Shown here: piece after piece, positions 33,801 to 46,372 of the stretch
How the letters are laid out: the number at the start of each line of letters is the position of its first letter
Numbering within the stretch: position 1 is the stretch's first letter
Assembly (NCBI GenBank): GCA_030295235.1
Contig: AP026123.1
Coordinates: forward strand, 1,984,001 to 2,048,000
Length of the DNA stretch: 64,000 nucleotides
Reading direction: 5' to 3'
Origin: Fistulifera solaris
Lineage: Eukaryota
Position numbers and translations under genes: made by a program
The notes under the pieces: generated by a model
Told to the model about the DNA's origin: nothing
The model's database searches: none
Seen by the model: the letters and a program-made list of their open reading frames with translations, nothing else

Positions 33801-36800
33801 AGCTCTGAGCCTAGTTCTGCTCCGAGTGTAACACCCAGTGCAGCTCCTTCTTCGGTACCATCGGTCACACCAAGCGTTGAGCCGAGTTCGAGTCCCAGCT
33901 CTGCTCCTAGCTCCAGTCCAAGTGAAACACCAAGTTCTTCTCCTAGTTCCATGCCCAGCTCAGCGCCAAGTTTAAGTCCAAGCGTAGCTCCAAGCTCTTC
34001 GCCCAGCTCTGCTCCGTCTTCGAGCCCAAGCTCCGCCCCGAGCTCGATGCCTAGCTCTGCTCCAAGCAGTTCACCGAGCGCGGCACCGAGCTCTTCGCCG
34101 AGTTCCAGCCCAAGTTCGGCACCCAGCTCCGGCCCGAGTTCCAGTCCTAGTTCGGCTCCAAGCTCTGAACCGAGTTCTAGTCCTAGCGCATCTCCTTCGT
34201 TGGCTCCTAGTGGCGAGCCTTCGTCGGCACCCAGCGTCGAGCCAAGCAGTGCACCCAGCGTGACACCAAGCGCTTCTCCTTCTTCGACTCCTTCGTCGAC
34301 TCCAAGTGTAAGCCCGTCGACTGAACCCAGTTCTTCTCCTTCGTCTACTCCAAGTGGAAGTCCAAGCATTGCGCCGTCGGCTACACCGAGTCAGGAACCC
34401 AGCTCGTCGCCGAGTGCTACACCATCGGTTGCTCCTAGCGCGGGTCCGTCGTCGAGTCCCAGTGTCAGTCCATCTGCTGCGCCAAGCGTGTCTCCTAGCG
34501 CCGGACCCACTCCGGAAGGCGAGAAGGCTCCGAGTGAAGTTCCCAGTTCTTCTCCCACGGATAGTCCTGCACCGAGTGGAGCTCCAAGCGAAGCACCAAG
34601 CAGTGCCCCTAGCGAGTCCCCTAGTGTAGCTCCAAGTGAATCACCTAGTGAAATGCCGAGCTCAATGCCAAGTGAAGTTCCAAGCAGTTCGCCAAGTGAA
34701 TCACCGAGTGTTTCGCCGAGTATTGCCCCGAGCACGGAGCCTAGTTATGTTCCAAGCACTGAGCCAAGTGCAAAACCAAGTTCAGCTCCATCCTTGACCC
34801 CAAGTTCTTCACCTAGCTCATATCCTAGTGCGACACCAAGCTCTTCGCCGAGCTCATCGCCGAGCTCTGCTCCTAGTTCAGAGCCCAGCTCTGCTCCGTC
34901 TTCTAGCCCAAGTTCTTCCCCTTCTTCGAGCCCCAGCTCGGCTCCTAGTGCGGGACCAAGTTCTACTCCAAGCTCTTCTCCGAGCGTGGCTCCGAGCTCT
35001 TCTCCGAGTTCCAGTCCAAGTTCCACTCCAAGCTCGTCGCCAAGTGTCGAACCGTCTTCTGCACCCAGTGTTGAGCCGAGCAACATGCCGAGTGTGACAC
35101 CAAGTTCGTCACCGAGCAGTGCACCCAGCGTGACACCAAGCGCTTCTCCTTCTTCGACTCCTTCGTCGAGTCCCAGTTCCTCGCCGTCGTCTGAACCCAG
35201 TTCTTCTCCTTCGTCTACTCCAAGTGGAAGTCCAAGCATTGCGCCGTCGGCTACACCGAGTCAGGAACCCAGCTCGTCGCCGAGTGCTACACCATCGGTT
35301 GCTCCTAGCGCGGGTCCGTCGTCGAGTCCCAGTGTCAGTCCATCTGCTGCGCCAAGCGTGTCTCCTAGCGCCGGACCCACTCCGGAAGGCGAGAAGGCTC
35401 CGAGTGAAGTTCCCAGTTCTTCTCCCACGGATAGTCCTGCACCTAGCGGAGCTCCCAGCTCGAAACCCAGTGGCAGTCCCAGCTCTTCACCAAGCATTAG
35501 CCCCAGCGTTGAGCCAAGCTCATCTCCAAGCATCTCACCAAGTGGATCTCCCAGCTCGACTCCGAGCGAAGAGCCGAGCTCTGAGCCCAGTTCTGCTCCG
35601 AGTGTAACACCCAGTTCTGTACCATCTTCGGTCCCATCTGTGGCACCGAGTGGAGAACCAAGCTCTAGCCCGAGTTCTGCTCCTAGCTCCAGTCCAAGTG
35701 AGTCACCGAGCTCTGGTCCAAGCTCCTCCCCCAGCGAGACACCTAGTCTAGCTCCTTCTTCCAGTCCAAGTTCGGGACCCAGCTCAGAACCGAGTTCTAG
35801 TCCCAGCACGTCTCCTTCGTCGGCTCCTAGTGTTGAGCCATCTTCTGCACCCAGTGTTGAGCCAAGCAGCGCACCGAGTGTGACACCTAGTTCGATGCCA
35901 AGCGGTGCGCCCAGCGTGACACCAAGCGCTTCTCCTTCTTCGACTCCTTCGTCGAGTCCCAGTTCCTCGCCGTCGTCTGAACCCAGTTCTTCTCCTTCGT
36001 CTACTCCAAGTGGAAGTCCAAGCATTGCGCCGTCGGCTTCACCGAGTCAAGAACCGAGCTCGTCACCAAGTGCTACACCATCAGTTCCTCCAAGCGCGGG
36101 TCCGTCGTCGAGTCCAAGTGTCAGTCCGTCTGCTTCTCCAAGCGTGTCTCCTAGTGCCGGACCCACTCCGGAAGGTGAGAAGGCTCCGAGTGAAGTACCC
36201 AGTTCCTCCCCCACGGATAGTCCTGCACCGAGCGGAGCTCCTAGCTCCTCACCCAGTTCAAATCCTAGTTTGGAACCCAGCTCGGAACCAAGCTCTAGCC
36301 CGAGCTCTTCTCCGTCATCGGCACCAAGTGAAGCGCCAAGCGAGTCACCTAGCGAAGGTCCTAGCGCATCGCCGAGCGAGATGCCGAGTGAAATGCCCAG
36401 TTCTGCACCAAGCAGTTCCCCGAGCGAGTCACCAAGCGCAGCGCCAAGTCAAGAACCAAGCTCAGAACCCAGTTCCACTCCAAGCTCTTCTCCGAGCGCG
36501 GTGCCCTCTTCGGTCCCATCTGTGACACCAAGTGCTGAACCGAGTTCGAGCCCCAGTGCGGCGCCTAGTTCAACTCCAAGCGCAACACCAAGTTCCGCTC
36601 CAAGCTCGTCGCCAAGTGTCGAACCGTCTTCTGCACCCAGTGTAGAGCCGAGCAACATGCCGAGTGTGACACCAAGTTCGTCACCGAGCAGTGCACCCAG
36701 CGTGACACCAAGCGCTTCTCCTTCTTCGACTCCTTCGTCGAGTCCCAGTTCCTCGCCGTCGTCTGAACCCAGTTCTTCTCCTTCGTCTACTCCAAGTGGA

Positions 36801-39800
36801 AGTCCAAGCATTGCGCCGTCGGCTACACCGAGTCAAGAACCGAGCTCTTCGCCGAGTGCTACACCATCTGTGTCTCCCAGTTCCAAACCGTCGTCGAGTC
36901 CCAGTGTCAGTCCGTCTGCTGCTCCAAGCGTGTCTCCTAGTGCCGGACCCACTCCGGAAGGCGAGAAGGCTCCGAGTGAAGTTCCCAGTTCTTCTCCCAC
37001 GGATAGTCCTGCACCGAGTGGAGCTCCAAGCTCTTCCCCAAGTGTTGGACCGAGCGCGTCTCCTAGCTCTGTACCCAGTCTAATGCCGAGCGCCTCACCA
37101 AGCGCCACTCCAAGCGGATCTCCCAGCTCGACTCCGAGCGAAGAGCCAAGCTCTGAGCCTAGTTCTGCTCCGAGTGTAACACCCAGTGCAGCTCCTTCTT
37201 CGGTACCATCGGTCACACCAAGCGTTGAGCCGAGTTCGAGTCCCAGCTCTGCTCCTAGCTCCAGTCCAAGTGAAACACCAAGCTCCGGCCCAAGCTCTTC
37301 CCCGAGTGAAACACCTAGCTTAGCTCCTTCTTCCAGTCCAAGTTCGGGACCCAGCTCAGAACCGAGTTCTAGTCCCAGCACTTCTCCGTCGTCGGCTCCT
37401 AGTGTTGAGCCATCTTCTGCACCCACTGTTGAACCAAGCAGTGTTCCGAGCGTGACACCAAGCGCTTCTCCTTCTTCGACTCCTTCGTCGAGTCCCAGTT
37501 CCTCGCCGTCGTCTGAACCCAGTTCTTCTCCTTCGTCTACTCCAAGTGGAAGTCCAAGCATTGCTCCGTCGGCTACACCGAGTCAGGAACCGAGCTCGTC
37601 ACCAAGTGCTACACCATCTGTGTCTCCCAGTTCCAAACCGTCGTCGAGTCCAAGTGTCAGTCCGTCTGCTGCTCCAAGCGTGTCTCCTAGCGCCGGACCC
37701 ACTCCGGAAGGCGAGAAGGCTCCAAGTGAAGTTCCCAGTTCTTCTCCCACGGATAGTCCTGCACCAAGTGGAGCTCCTAGCGAGTCTCCGAGTGAAGGTC
37801 CTAGTTCCTCACCCAGTGAAGTTCCTAGCGTGATGCCAAGCTCTTCTCCAAGTGTTTCACCAAGTGGCGCCCCCAGCTCTGCCCCGAGTCAAGAACCTAG
37901 CTCGGAACCCAGTTCTGCTCCTAGTTTGAGTCCAAGTTCCGTTCCAAGCTCGACTCCTAGTGTAACGCCAAGCTCCACGCCAAGCGTCTCACCTAGTGCA
38001 GCACCGAGTGGAGTGCCTAGCTCTTCGCCCAGCTCTGTTCCCAGTTCCACACCGAGCGTAGCACCGAGTGGCTCGCCTTCTTCGGTACCCAGCACCGAGC
38101 CCTCATCTTCGCCCAGTTTGGAACCTAGCAGTGTTCCAAGTGTGACACCAAGTGCTGCACCTTCGTCGGTACCTTCGGCGATCCCTAGCTCAGTTCCTTC
38201 TTCAGTTCCAAGCATTTCGCCTTCCTCTGAACCAAGTGTAGAACCTAGCGTTGCACCGTCGTCTACACCGAGTCAGGAACCCAGCTTGTCACCAAGTGCA
38301 ACCCCATCAGTTGCTCCAAGCGCCAGGCCTTCTTCCAGCCCTAGTGTGAGTCCGTCTGCTGCTCCAAGCGTGTCTCCTAGTGCCGGACCCACTCCGGAAG
38401 GCGAGAAGGCTCCGAGTGAAGTTCCCAGTTCTTCTCCCACGGATAGTCCTGCACCGAGTGGAGCTCCGAGCGAGTCTCCGAGTGAAGGTCCTAGTTCCTC
38501 ACCCAGTTCCGGTCCTAGTTCAATGCCAAGCGCATCGCCTAGCATTTCGCCAAGTGTTTCTCCCAGCTCGACTCCTAGTCAAGAACCTAGCTCGGAACCC
38601 ACTACTTCGCCTAGCGTAGCACCCACTACTTCACCGTCTGCCGTTCCGTCATTGGCACCAACTGGTGAACCAAGTTCTTCTCCGACGTCTTCACCAACCT
38701 CGTCTCCAAGTACGTCCCCCAGTGACACGCCATCAGGTGTCCCCAGCAGTGCACCGTCTGCTGTCCCAACACTTTCACCGACGAACAAGCCATCATCACA
38801 GCCATCCGATGAACCTAGCTCAACGCCCACGAATGCGCCAACAAGTTCGCCTACAGCATCTCCGTCAATTGACAGTGATGCGCCAAGTGAAGCACCGAGT
38901 GAATCGCCGAGTGAAGCTCCAAGTTCTGCTCCTAGCGAGTTTGACGAAGACGCCACTAACTTCCCAACGGAGCTTCCCAGCGAAGCGCCAGTTCTGTCGT
39001 TCGAATCTGGTGGACTGTCTGGTAACCAAGGAGCTCCATCTGCTGAGCCGTCCGCGTCTCCAAGCGCCACTCCCTGGACAGCAGCTGAACCTATTTGCGA
39101 GATGAAACCTAAGCTGGAAGATAGTTCGTTAGGACTTGACGGGCCCGGTCACCCAGACGATGACGCCGTGCCGGCCCGTGTCGTTTCCATGAGTTCCACC
39201 GCGGCTCAAGTTCGTTTCGCCATTGACAACGTCTGGAAAGCCACGGCAGGCAATATTGACAGCATCCGCGTGTTGTACTCCTCCGCGGACCAAGGAATGG
39301 TTTGCTCGAAATATTCAGGTATCCAGAGCTCTACCCCTGAAATGGAGGCCGTGTGTATCGACGGCAAAGCTGAGGTTGCCGTTTTCGTGAGCGATTCCTC
39401 ATTTGCTGGAGTTCAGGATGTTTCCAGCCTCGTGCCAAATGCATGCATCGATACCGATGGGGGAGTAGCGGGAATGAGTGGAAATACCGTCATGTTCGTA
39501 TTCTACGTACCGTGTGATGCTAATGATGAGTCGTGGTGTGTACCAGGCACGATGTGCCCGGATTCCCAAGCTCCCTCTGCCGGCCCATCCCCGATTCCCT
39601 CTGCTGCGCCTTCCCCGTCGCCGTCCGCAGGCCCAACGTGGACCGCTGCTGAGTCGATTTGCGTCATGCAGGCCAAAATGGATGAAAGCTCATTGAGTTC
39701 CGACGGTCCGGGCCACCCTGAAGATAACGCAGTCCCAGCCCGTGTGATTAGCATGAGTTCAGCTGCAGATGAAGTGAAGTTTGCAATCGATAATGTGTGG

Positions 39801-41907
39801 GGAAGCTCCTCAATTGACAAAGTCCGCGTCGTGTACGAGTCCACAAGCAAGGGAATGGTTTGCTCAAGGTACTCGAACGTCGAGAACTCGACTCCTGAGA
39901 TTTCGGCCAAATGCACGAATGGAATTGCCGAAGTTGCTGCTTTTGTCAGTGATTCTTCTTTCATTGGTGTACAGGACGTATCCAATCTCTTACCAAGTGC
40001 TTGTTCCAAGATCGTCGCCGACGGTGACGTTAGCGACTGGGATTTGGATGGAAGTCATTCGGCCCCTATCTACAACAGCGGCAACCCGAACCCGTCCTTT
40101 AGCGGCTTCCTCGAAGCTGGTAAGGCTTACACCGAGTACGACTGTCATACTCAAACTCTTTGTGTGTTGGTGATGGTCAAGGATGGCCTTGTCATTGATA
40201 GATCCATGGACAATATCTGGATCAAGGATTACAAATCAGGTTTGACAGGAAATAAATACCCAACCAAAGGTGGAGGAATCCAATTCGTAGAAAACGCCAA
40301 CGGCGCAGCCGTTGGTTGGGAAGGCTTGTTTCGATGTGTCGGGTGTCTCTACTGGTGGATTGCGTGACTCAATCGAGATCCACACGAACTCGCAAGGAAG
40401 AACACTTTCAACAGGCAAACAAGGAACAGCTCCACTTTTGTCTCTTGACCTTCAGTGTTCCAACCAATCGAATCAGAACATGATCATGTTTGTATTCAAG
40501 GTTCCTTGCGATCAAGATGATACGTCTTGGTGTGTCCCTGGCACGTTGTGCCCTGATTCCAGTGTTGCCGGTGCTATTAGCACCGGATCTGCTTCTTTGG
40601 TTGCTTCCACGGAGTCTACTGCCTGCAAACAGGAAGCTCGCCTTGACAGTGATTCAACGGAAGATGGAAAGGGGGTATGTACCGATCAAACCCCATTGTC
40701 ATCACTGAACAACAGGGCACAAGCGTTACTTTCCAAGTTGACCAAACCTGGGATATCTCGGAAGACGATTCGCTAGACTCGTTAGAAGTATACTACGAAA
40801 CGATCAGTGAAACAATGGAGTGTGTTCAAAGTTCTTCATCCTCTGTACCCACCTTTACTGCCAAATGTTCTAGCGATGTTGCCGAGGTCGCTCTTTTCGT
40901 TCGCGACAGCTCTTTCAAAGGTCTCTCCGACGTTTCTTCTACAGTTCCAACAGCATGCTCAGGTGCATTGAGCCCCGGTGCAACAACAGGAGATCTCGTT
41001 ATGTTCTTCTTCACTATCCCTTGCAATCCAACTGATACAAGCTTCTGCAACGCAGCCGCTGAGTCAACCAATGAAGTAACTACCCTTCAGGCTCAAGACG
41101 ATAAAGAAGATGAAATTATTATCACAACGAATGAAATCACTTGTGGATCTATTCACGAAGAAACTTTCGAGAAGCCAGGTGATGCTTTGTCCTGGGAAGG
41201 TGGTTTTGATTCTAATATGGACGTTTTCGGTAACTTCCTTGGTCGTTTTGGAAGCATGAATCCGGAAGCGCAGAAAATATTCCAGATGCCGGCAGGTGCC
41301 AGCTCAGCTACAATCAGCTTCAAGCTTTACGATATCAATGGCGACACAGCTGGCGACAACCTTCAATTAGGATTCCAGAATTCATGGGTCGACATCGATC
41401 TCAGCAATGCAGCCGAGCAATATCACCAAGATGAATCAGTTACCCTCAGGGACCGCAGTTACGATAGAGTTGCTTTTGTTGTTACGCCCATTGAAAACGT
41501 CTACGTAATCGAGATCGAGATTCCGAAGCGTTGGTGGGCGAACAATGATAACAAGCTACCCTTCGGATTCAGAGTGAAGTCTTCAAATGATATCAATGAC
41601 GATAGCTATGGTATCGATGACTTCACTGTACAGGTTGACTGCGGCAGTCAGAGACGCGCGATGGATGGTTCTGAACAGCCCCCTGCTTCTGAACCAAGCG
41701 AAGAGGGCGAAGACGGCTCGTACTATTGCAAAGCCTCGGATTACCCGTGCGGTGACGGCATGGACATGGTTCATGTTTGTCATTACTCAACTCGCCTGGG
41801 ATATCAGACATTCTGTATTCCTGAAGAAGATTCTGAAGTCCTTCGCTTCTACGGCAATGATTACTGTGGACCATGCGCAGGGGGGTTTCAAAGGGTCTAT
41901 GGACTAA
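18888..41907 (+). CDS. Giant (~7,700 aa) secreted Pro/Thr/Ser-rich mucin-like extracellular protein with Cys-rich globular domains; split by about 9 homopolymer indels
   Basis: Signal peptide MKVFKANISILFIALVPLVAA at ATG 18888. Overlapping ORFs 18876-19832, 19810-21543, 21566-22225, 22105-24999, 24560-27361, 26364-40367, 40312-40776 and 40677-41939 join at small indels (~19791, ~21358, ~21565, ~22036, ~24990, ~27350, ~40323, ~40673, ~41882). Corrected end CGPCAGGFKGSMD* at 41907. No introns are needed. Confidence 0.85.
19790..20750 (+). repeat. Coding tandem repeat, ~72-bp (24-aa) unit GGAKLPTFAASEPSASPSGKEKEE
   Basis: About 13 copies visible in translation, with 69-, 72- and 84-bp variants. 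Confidence 0.9.
21190..39070 (+). repeat. Coding 12-bp (PSxx tetrapeptide) array organised into higher-order repeats of ~0.75-1 kb
   Basis: Continuous P-S-x-x periodicity. Near-identical blocks at offsets of 894/918 bp (23.0-25.8 kb), 978/978/942 bp (29.4-32.5 kb), 1848 bp and 3348 bp, seen as duplicated shadow ORFs in the track. Confidence 0.93.
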
Positions 41908-42105
41908 GAAAGTTGATGATAGCAGATTATAAAAAGTAACAAAGTAAAGTCATTTGTTATTTTTTTTAAAAATTCAAAACACCACTGAAATATCGTCTTG
42001 CATTTTTAGTCCCAACTTGTGAGAGAGCGTGGCTTGAAAAACAACCAGAAGAAATGAGCGATACTGTAGTTTATTACAATCGAACATAAGTTTGTTCTTA
42101 GGAAA

Positions 42106-45100
42106 TTATTTATTCAAGGCTGTTCCAGCGTTTAAAGGTAATCCGTATTTGCCAGATTGGCCGAAGGGATCACTAGCCTGACGAAACTCCCCAGGTACAG
42201 TTGGTCCCCGAAGTCGACCGTCACTAGACGGATCGCTGGTTTCAAGTAGAACTATCGGCTCACTGTTATCGACTGAATCATTTTTCTTCGAAACATCATG
42301 TTGCCCGATACTTGATCCCATCATACCGGACATATCGGATATTGTCTTTTCCTTGATCTGCGACCCCGCCCTCCACGACGATTAGCTTTTTTCAACAAGA
42401 GCTTGCTGCTGTGCTTGGTTTTCCAGGAGCAGCGTACGGATGGCTTCTGACGACACCTGCTTCTTGTGCCCATGTCTCATCACAAGACCAGCTTGTATCA
42501 TAACATGACCATGCTCGTTATTTCCTTCGGCTTCTCGCTGGGCAAGAATTAAGTCCCGTGCGTGGGCAGTTTGCTGCTCCTCGAAACGCTTGGACGCCTC
42601 GAGGACAGCTAGGCGCATTTGACGATGAGCCCTATACAATTGCCTATTGACGACAAGAGCCGACTTCGTGCTATCGTGGAGAACTGCTTCGATATCAGTT
42701 CTCTGCTGCCGAGTTTCGGGAAGGACCATGTCACGTACTACATCAGCGACCTCATGCAAGTCGGCGCTTTCCTTTTCTTCCACCTTAGTGTCTTTGTCAT
42801 CAACAGATCTAGAACGACGACGCGTGTAGGGAGACGGACGGAGAGAAAGACCAGGAAGAAGAAGATTTGGTGATATTTTGTCTTCGGATTCCAAATTCGA
42901 CGTCCGCCGGGCTCCCAGAGGCGTACAATAATCTTGAGCTCCCCTCTGTGGAGATGACGGAGGTGTTAGAGAAGCCGCACACCCAGGAACGCCAGGTCCA
43001 GAAGATAATATGTCATGATCATCATCGTCCATTGTTAATGGGCCATCATGATCCGAAAAATCAAGTTCCAAGCCTAGAAGGTGCTTTGGTTGCTCAGAAA
43101 GTATTCCTGACTCGGATGCTTGCGTTGGCAAAAACAAGAGCTTATATTTTTCGCATCTTGACCAGTTGGGGCATCCACTACAGTACCGAGGCCCTCGACT
43201 GGATATCTCTCTAAAGAGAGAACGTTTACTGGTAATTCATCAGGATGATCCAGGACCTCGTTTTCGCTGACTATGTTGAGTTGTGATTTGTTCAATAGAA
43301 AATTTATCCCCGGATCGCTCTCGTCTGTGACGGAAGGGTTTTCTTTAGATTGACCCTTCATCAACAAAAGAAAATCATCATAGGTTATGCGCGCGTGTTG
43401 GCACTTCACGGCCTTCATACTGTCCCCCCACATCTCTCGCATGGCCTCCTCACTTTGAAGCGCGTCACTGCCCATCACATCCATTATGTCATCCAAAGTG
43501 ATATACTACAAAAAGAACACGGAGTCAGTAGAGAATGCGACCAATCCAATTCGAAAATACACACTTACTCCTTTGTGATCAGAGTCTAAGCGATCGAAAG
43601 CAAGACGCAGATTGCGGTCATCAACACTACACTGTGAAAGCCCAGCAGCAATAAATTCATGCCAATGAATTCGAGTCTCCGATTTTCGAACCCTCATGGC
43701 GTTAAAAATATCTTCGACTTCTTCTTCCGTGAGAGCACCAAGCGAGCCTGCTCCAGCATTCGTCATCAGTACCTGTTTTAGTGCAGATAAGGAAATTTCT
43801 CCGGATCCGTCCGTGTCCATCTTCTCAAATTCGCGACGAAGATCTTTGATCTGATCTGGTAGCAAAGTGAATGATAGAACCTCACAAAGCAATTTCCGCA
43901 TGTCAGAGTACTCTTTGAAATTTACTAGAGCTTTTACGACATTCGGGTTTAGAGCGTGATCATCTCCCGTTCGTGATCGGCTAGCCCATTCCTGTAACCA
44001 CGGATGTTTCTGCGCTGACCGAGCTGTAGGACGCTTCTGTGGATCAGTAACAAGAAGTTCGCGGATGAAATCCCGCGCTGATTTACTAACTTGAGACCAG
44101 ATGTCCGGAGGCGAAAACTGATAAGACCCACTGAGAATATTGGCGCGAACTGTCATCAAAGGTTCTGGTCCACCACATCCACCAAATGGAGGTTCTCCCG
44201 AAAGCAACAAGAACGCAATAACACCAATTGCCCATATATCGCATCTTTCATCGTAGCGACCTCTGATAACTTCAGGTGCCACTGTATAAGGAGTGCCGAC
44301 AGCTTCGTGCTGCTCTTCGCCAAAGTGAAAGTGCTTAGATAGACCGAAATCAATCATCTTCAGCTCGGAGTCGGTGGCATCTGTGCTGGAGAACAAAAAT
44401 TCTCGAGTTTCAAGTCGCGATGAATTATTCCGCGCGAATGTAAGTAGCGCACTGCAGAAAGCATCTGTTTGACCAAACGCGCGCACTCGGCTTCCGTATA
44501 GTGATAATCAGGCTGCTCATCGAGTCGATCAAAAGTTCGCCTCCTAAGCATAGCTCTTGAACCAAGTAAATTTCCGAGTGGCTCTCGTATACTTCCTCTA
44601 GCCGAACAATGTTTGGGTGATCCAACTGAGAAACAGAAACGGGTGAGGTACCGTACCGCATCAATGCAATCCAATCGACCTAACCTTTTCATTGACGAAC
44701 CTGACACATAATAAATATCTCTTCACGCAGCTGTCTCAATCCTTCTGCCGTTTCAACTAGAGCTAGATCCAAGACCTTCACAGCATATTTTAATCCGGTT
44801 TTCTTGTGAGTGACGAGACGCACCAAGCCCGATATACCTGAGCCTAACACCGGTCCATTGTGAATGCCATCGTAAACTTCTTCAATGGGCTTCCCGAAAG
44901 GCACCTCAATGTGAACAACATTTTGACGAAGATCCCCTACTTCTCTACGATCTTCAATCATCGTGTCCAACCCGATGGCTGATGTGCTGTGCGAAAGTGC
45001 CTTGGGGTTGGAGAGTTGTCGACGATGGCGTTCTTTATTACCGCCTGACTTGCCGGATTGCGTTGACGAATCATCGTCACTACTGTGTAATTCCGGAGTA

Positions 45101-45463
45101 GAAGCACCAGAAGCATACGAAGCAAAGCGTCCGCGCATGTTGTCATCGATCGAAACGCTTTCCGATTGAGTGTTCGTGCCCGGAATGAGCGGGGGTCTTG
45201 CACCCGGTAGCTTTTCGGGTGCAGCTCCCTTGTCCGGCTGCTGCTTGAGTGGTTCTAAGACCTTTCTAGCGTTTGACGGAACACTCTTGCTAGTTTCTGG
45301 ACGAGTCGAAACCACAGACTTGGAAGAACCTTGTAGGATAAGAAACGAAACAGTTAAGGTCTACGGCAGTTCGCATGCTGCACGGAAACCGAACGTACAA
45401 AATTAACCTACCATTCGGTGCCGACGACACAGCCGCAGCTTCGCTACTTTGACAGCCTCCCAT
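42106..45463 (-). CDS. Calcium-dependent protein kinase-like (CAMK kinase + EF-hands + long C-terminal tail), multi-exon
   Basis: Start MGGCQSS at 45463. GT-AG introns at ~45410-45331, ~44700-44626 and ~43568-43506. Kinase motifs LGSGISG, YAVK, HPNIVRL, HRDLKLEN, DFG, APE, DIWAIG. EF-hands DTDGSGEIS and DSDHKG. Several homopolymer frameshifts (~44533, ~44398, ~43135, ~42388, ~42348). Confidence 0.88.
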
Positions 45464-46372
45464 TGTTAATGTTACGGCAGGAATAAGCTGATTGATGTTA
45501 ACTTTGCGTTTGTCGAACTGCAATGGTAAAAAAAGCAGAGTTGGTTCACACCGCGAGAGCGAGCAAGAAGAAAGTCACGCTCTTTCTTCGCCACTCAAGA
45601 GACGCGCCTGTTTTTTGGCGTTTTGCCTTGGCACACCGAGGAACTCGCGCCCTCACGTAGCATTTCGTGTAGAAAGCTACGAGCTCGTTTGTTATGTTTT
45701 GTTCGAGCTTCTTTTTTCACCGTAGGTCGAAAGGACGAAGCAGCGTACATTATCTACGAGGGACTTCCGCCGTAGATTTCACGCAGCCGAGAAAGAGACT
45801 ACATCTAAAGTGTAGGCAACGATTTTTTTGTTGCAAACGTCACGGGGGCACGACGTACGCCGAAATTCTACAATGCACTATACCGGTTTATGTACCAGGT
45901 ACTTGTACCTTTTTTGAGGATGTTGATGCTTTCTTGGTTGATGCCGCCATGGCCCATGGTCGCAATCGAAAAGAAATGAAACAATGATTACTTCTTAATG
46001 ATGGATGATGGATGCATGACAATGGTGATTAACAATTTGCCTTTGACAATGAAATCAAGATGAACGAGATGAAGCACCGCCGGCAATTCCATTGCTGACT
46101 ACCTGTCATTTGTCCAACCTTCGTCCACTTACTGTGTGGGTGCGTTCTTCTATGGTTTCTTTTGTTTTCGATGATTCACGACACGAAGAAAATCCCGCTG
46201 CCTGGCAAATAATTGCTATCTACGTGTCAGGTTCAATCATAGCAACAATCAACCGTTTCTCGGTTGGGGTTTCAAAGGCGAGCGGTGTGGCGGATCGATG
46301 TGTTCCGTTAAAATGGCGTCAAAAGTAAGTAAGATTCATTTTAATTTGACATAGACTTCTCACGCGATCACA

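Noticed and set aside
20088..39070. Many long minus-strand G/L/E/V-rich ORFs and alternative-frame R/L/V/Q-rich ORFs
   Set aside because: Shadows of the PSxx coding repeat, whose codons lack stops in other frames. No independent coding signal.
41908..41939. ORF-track C-terminus ...FQRVYGLRKLMIADYKK of the giant protein
   Set aside because: Probably arises from an extra G in the G6 run at ~41880-41885. The corrected frame stops at 41907.
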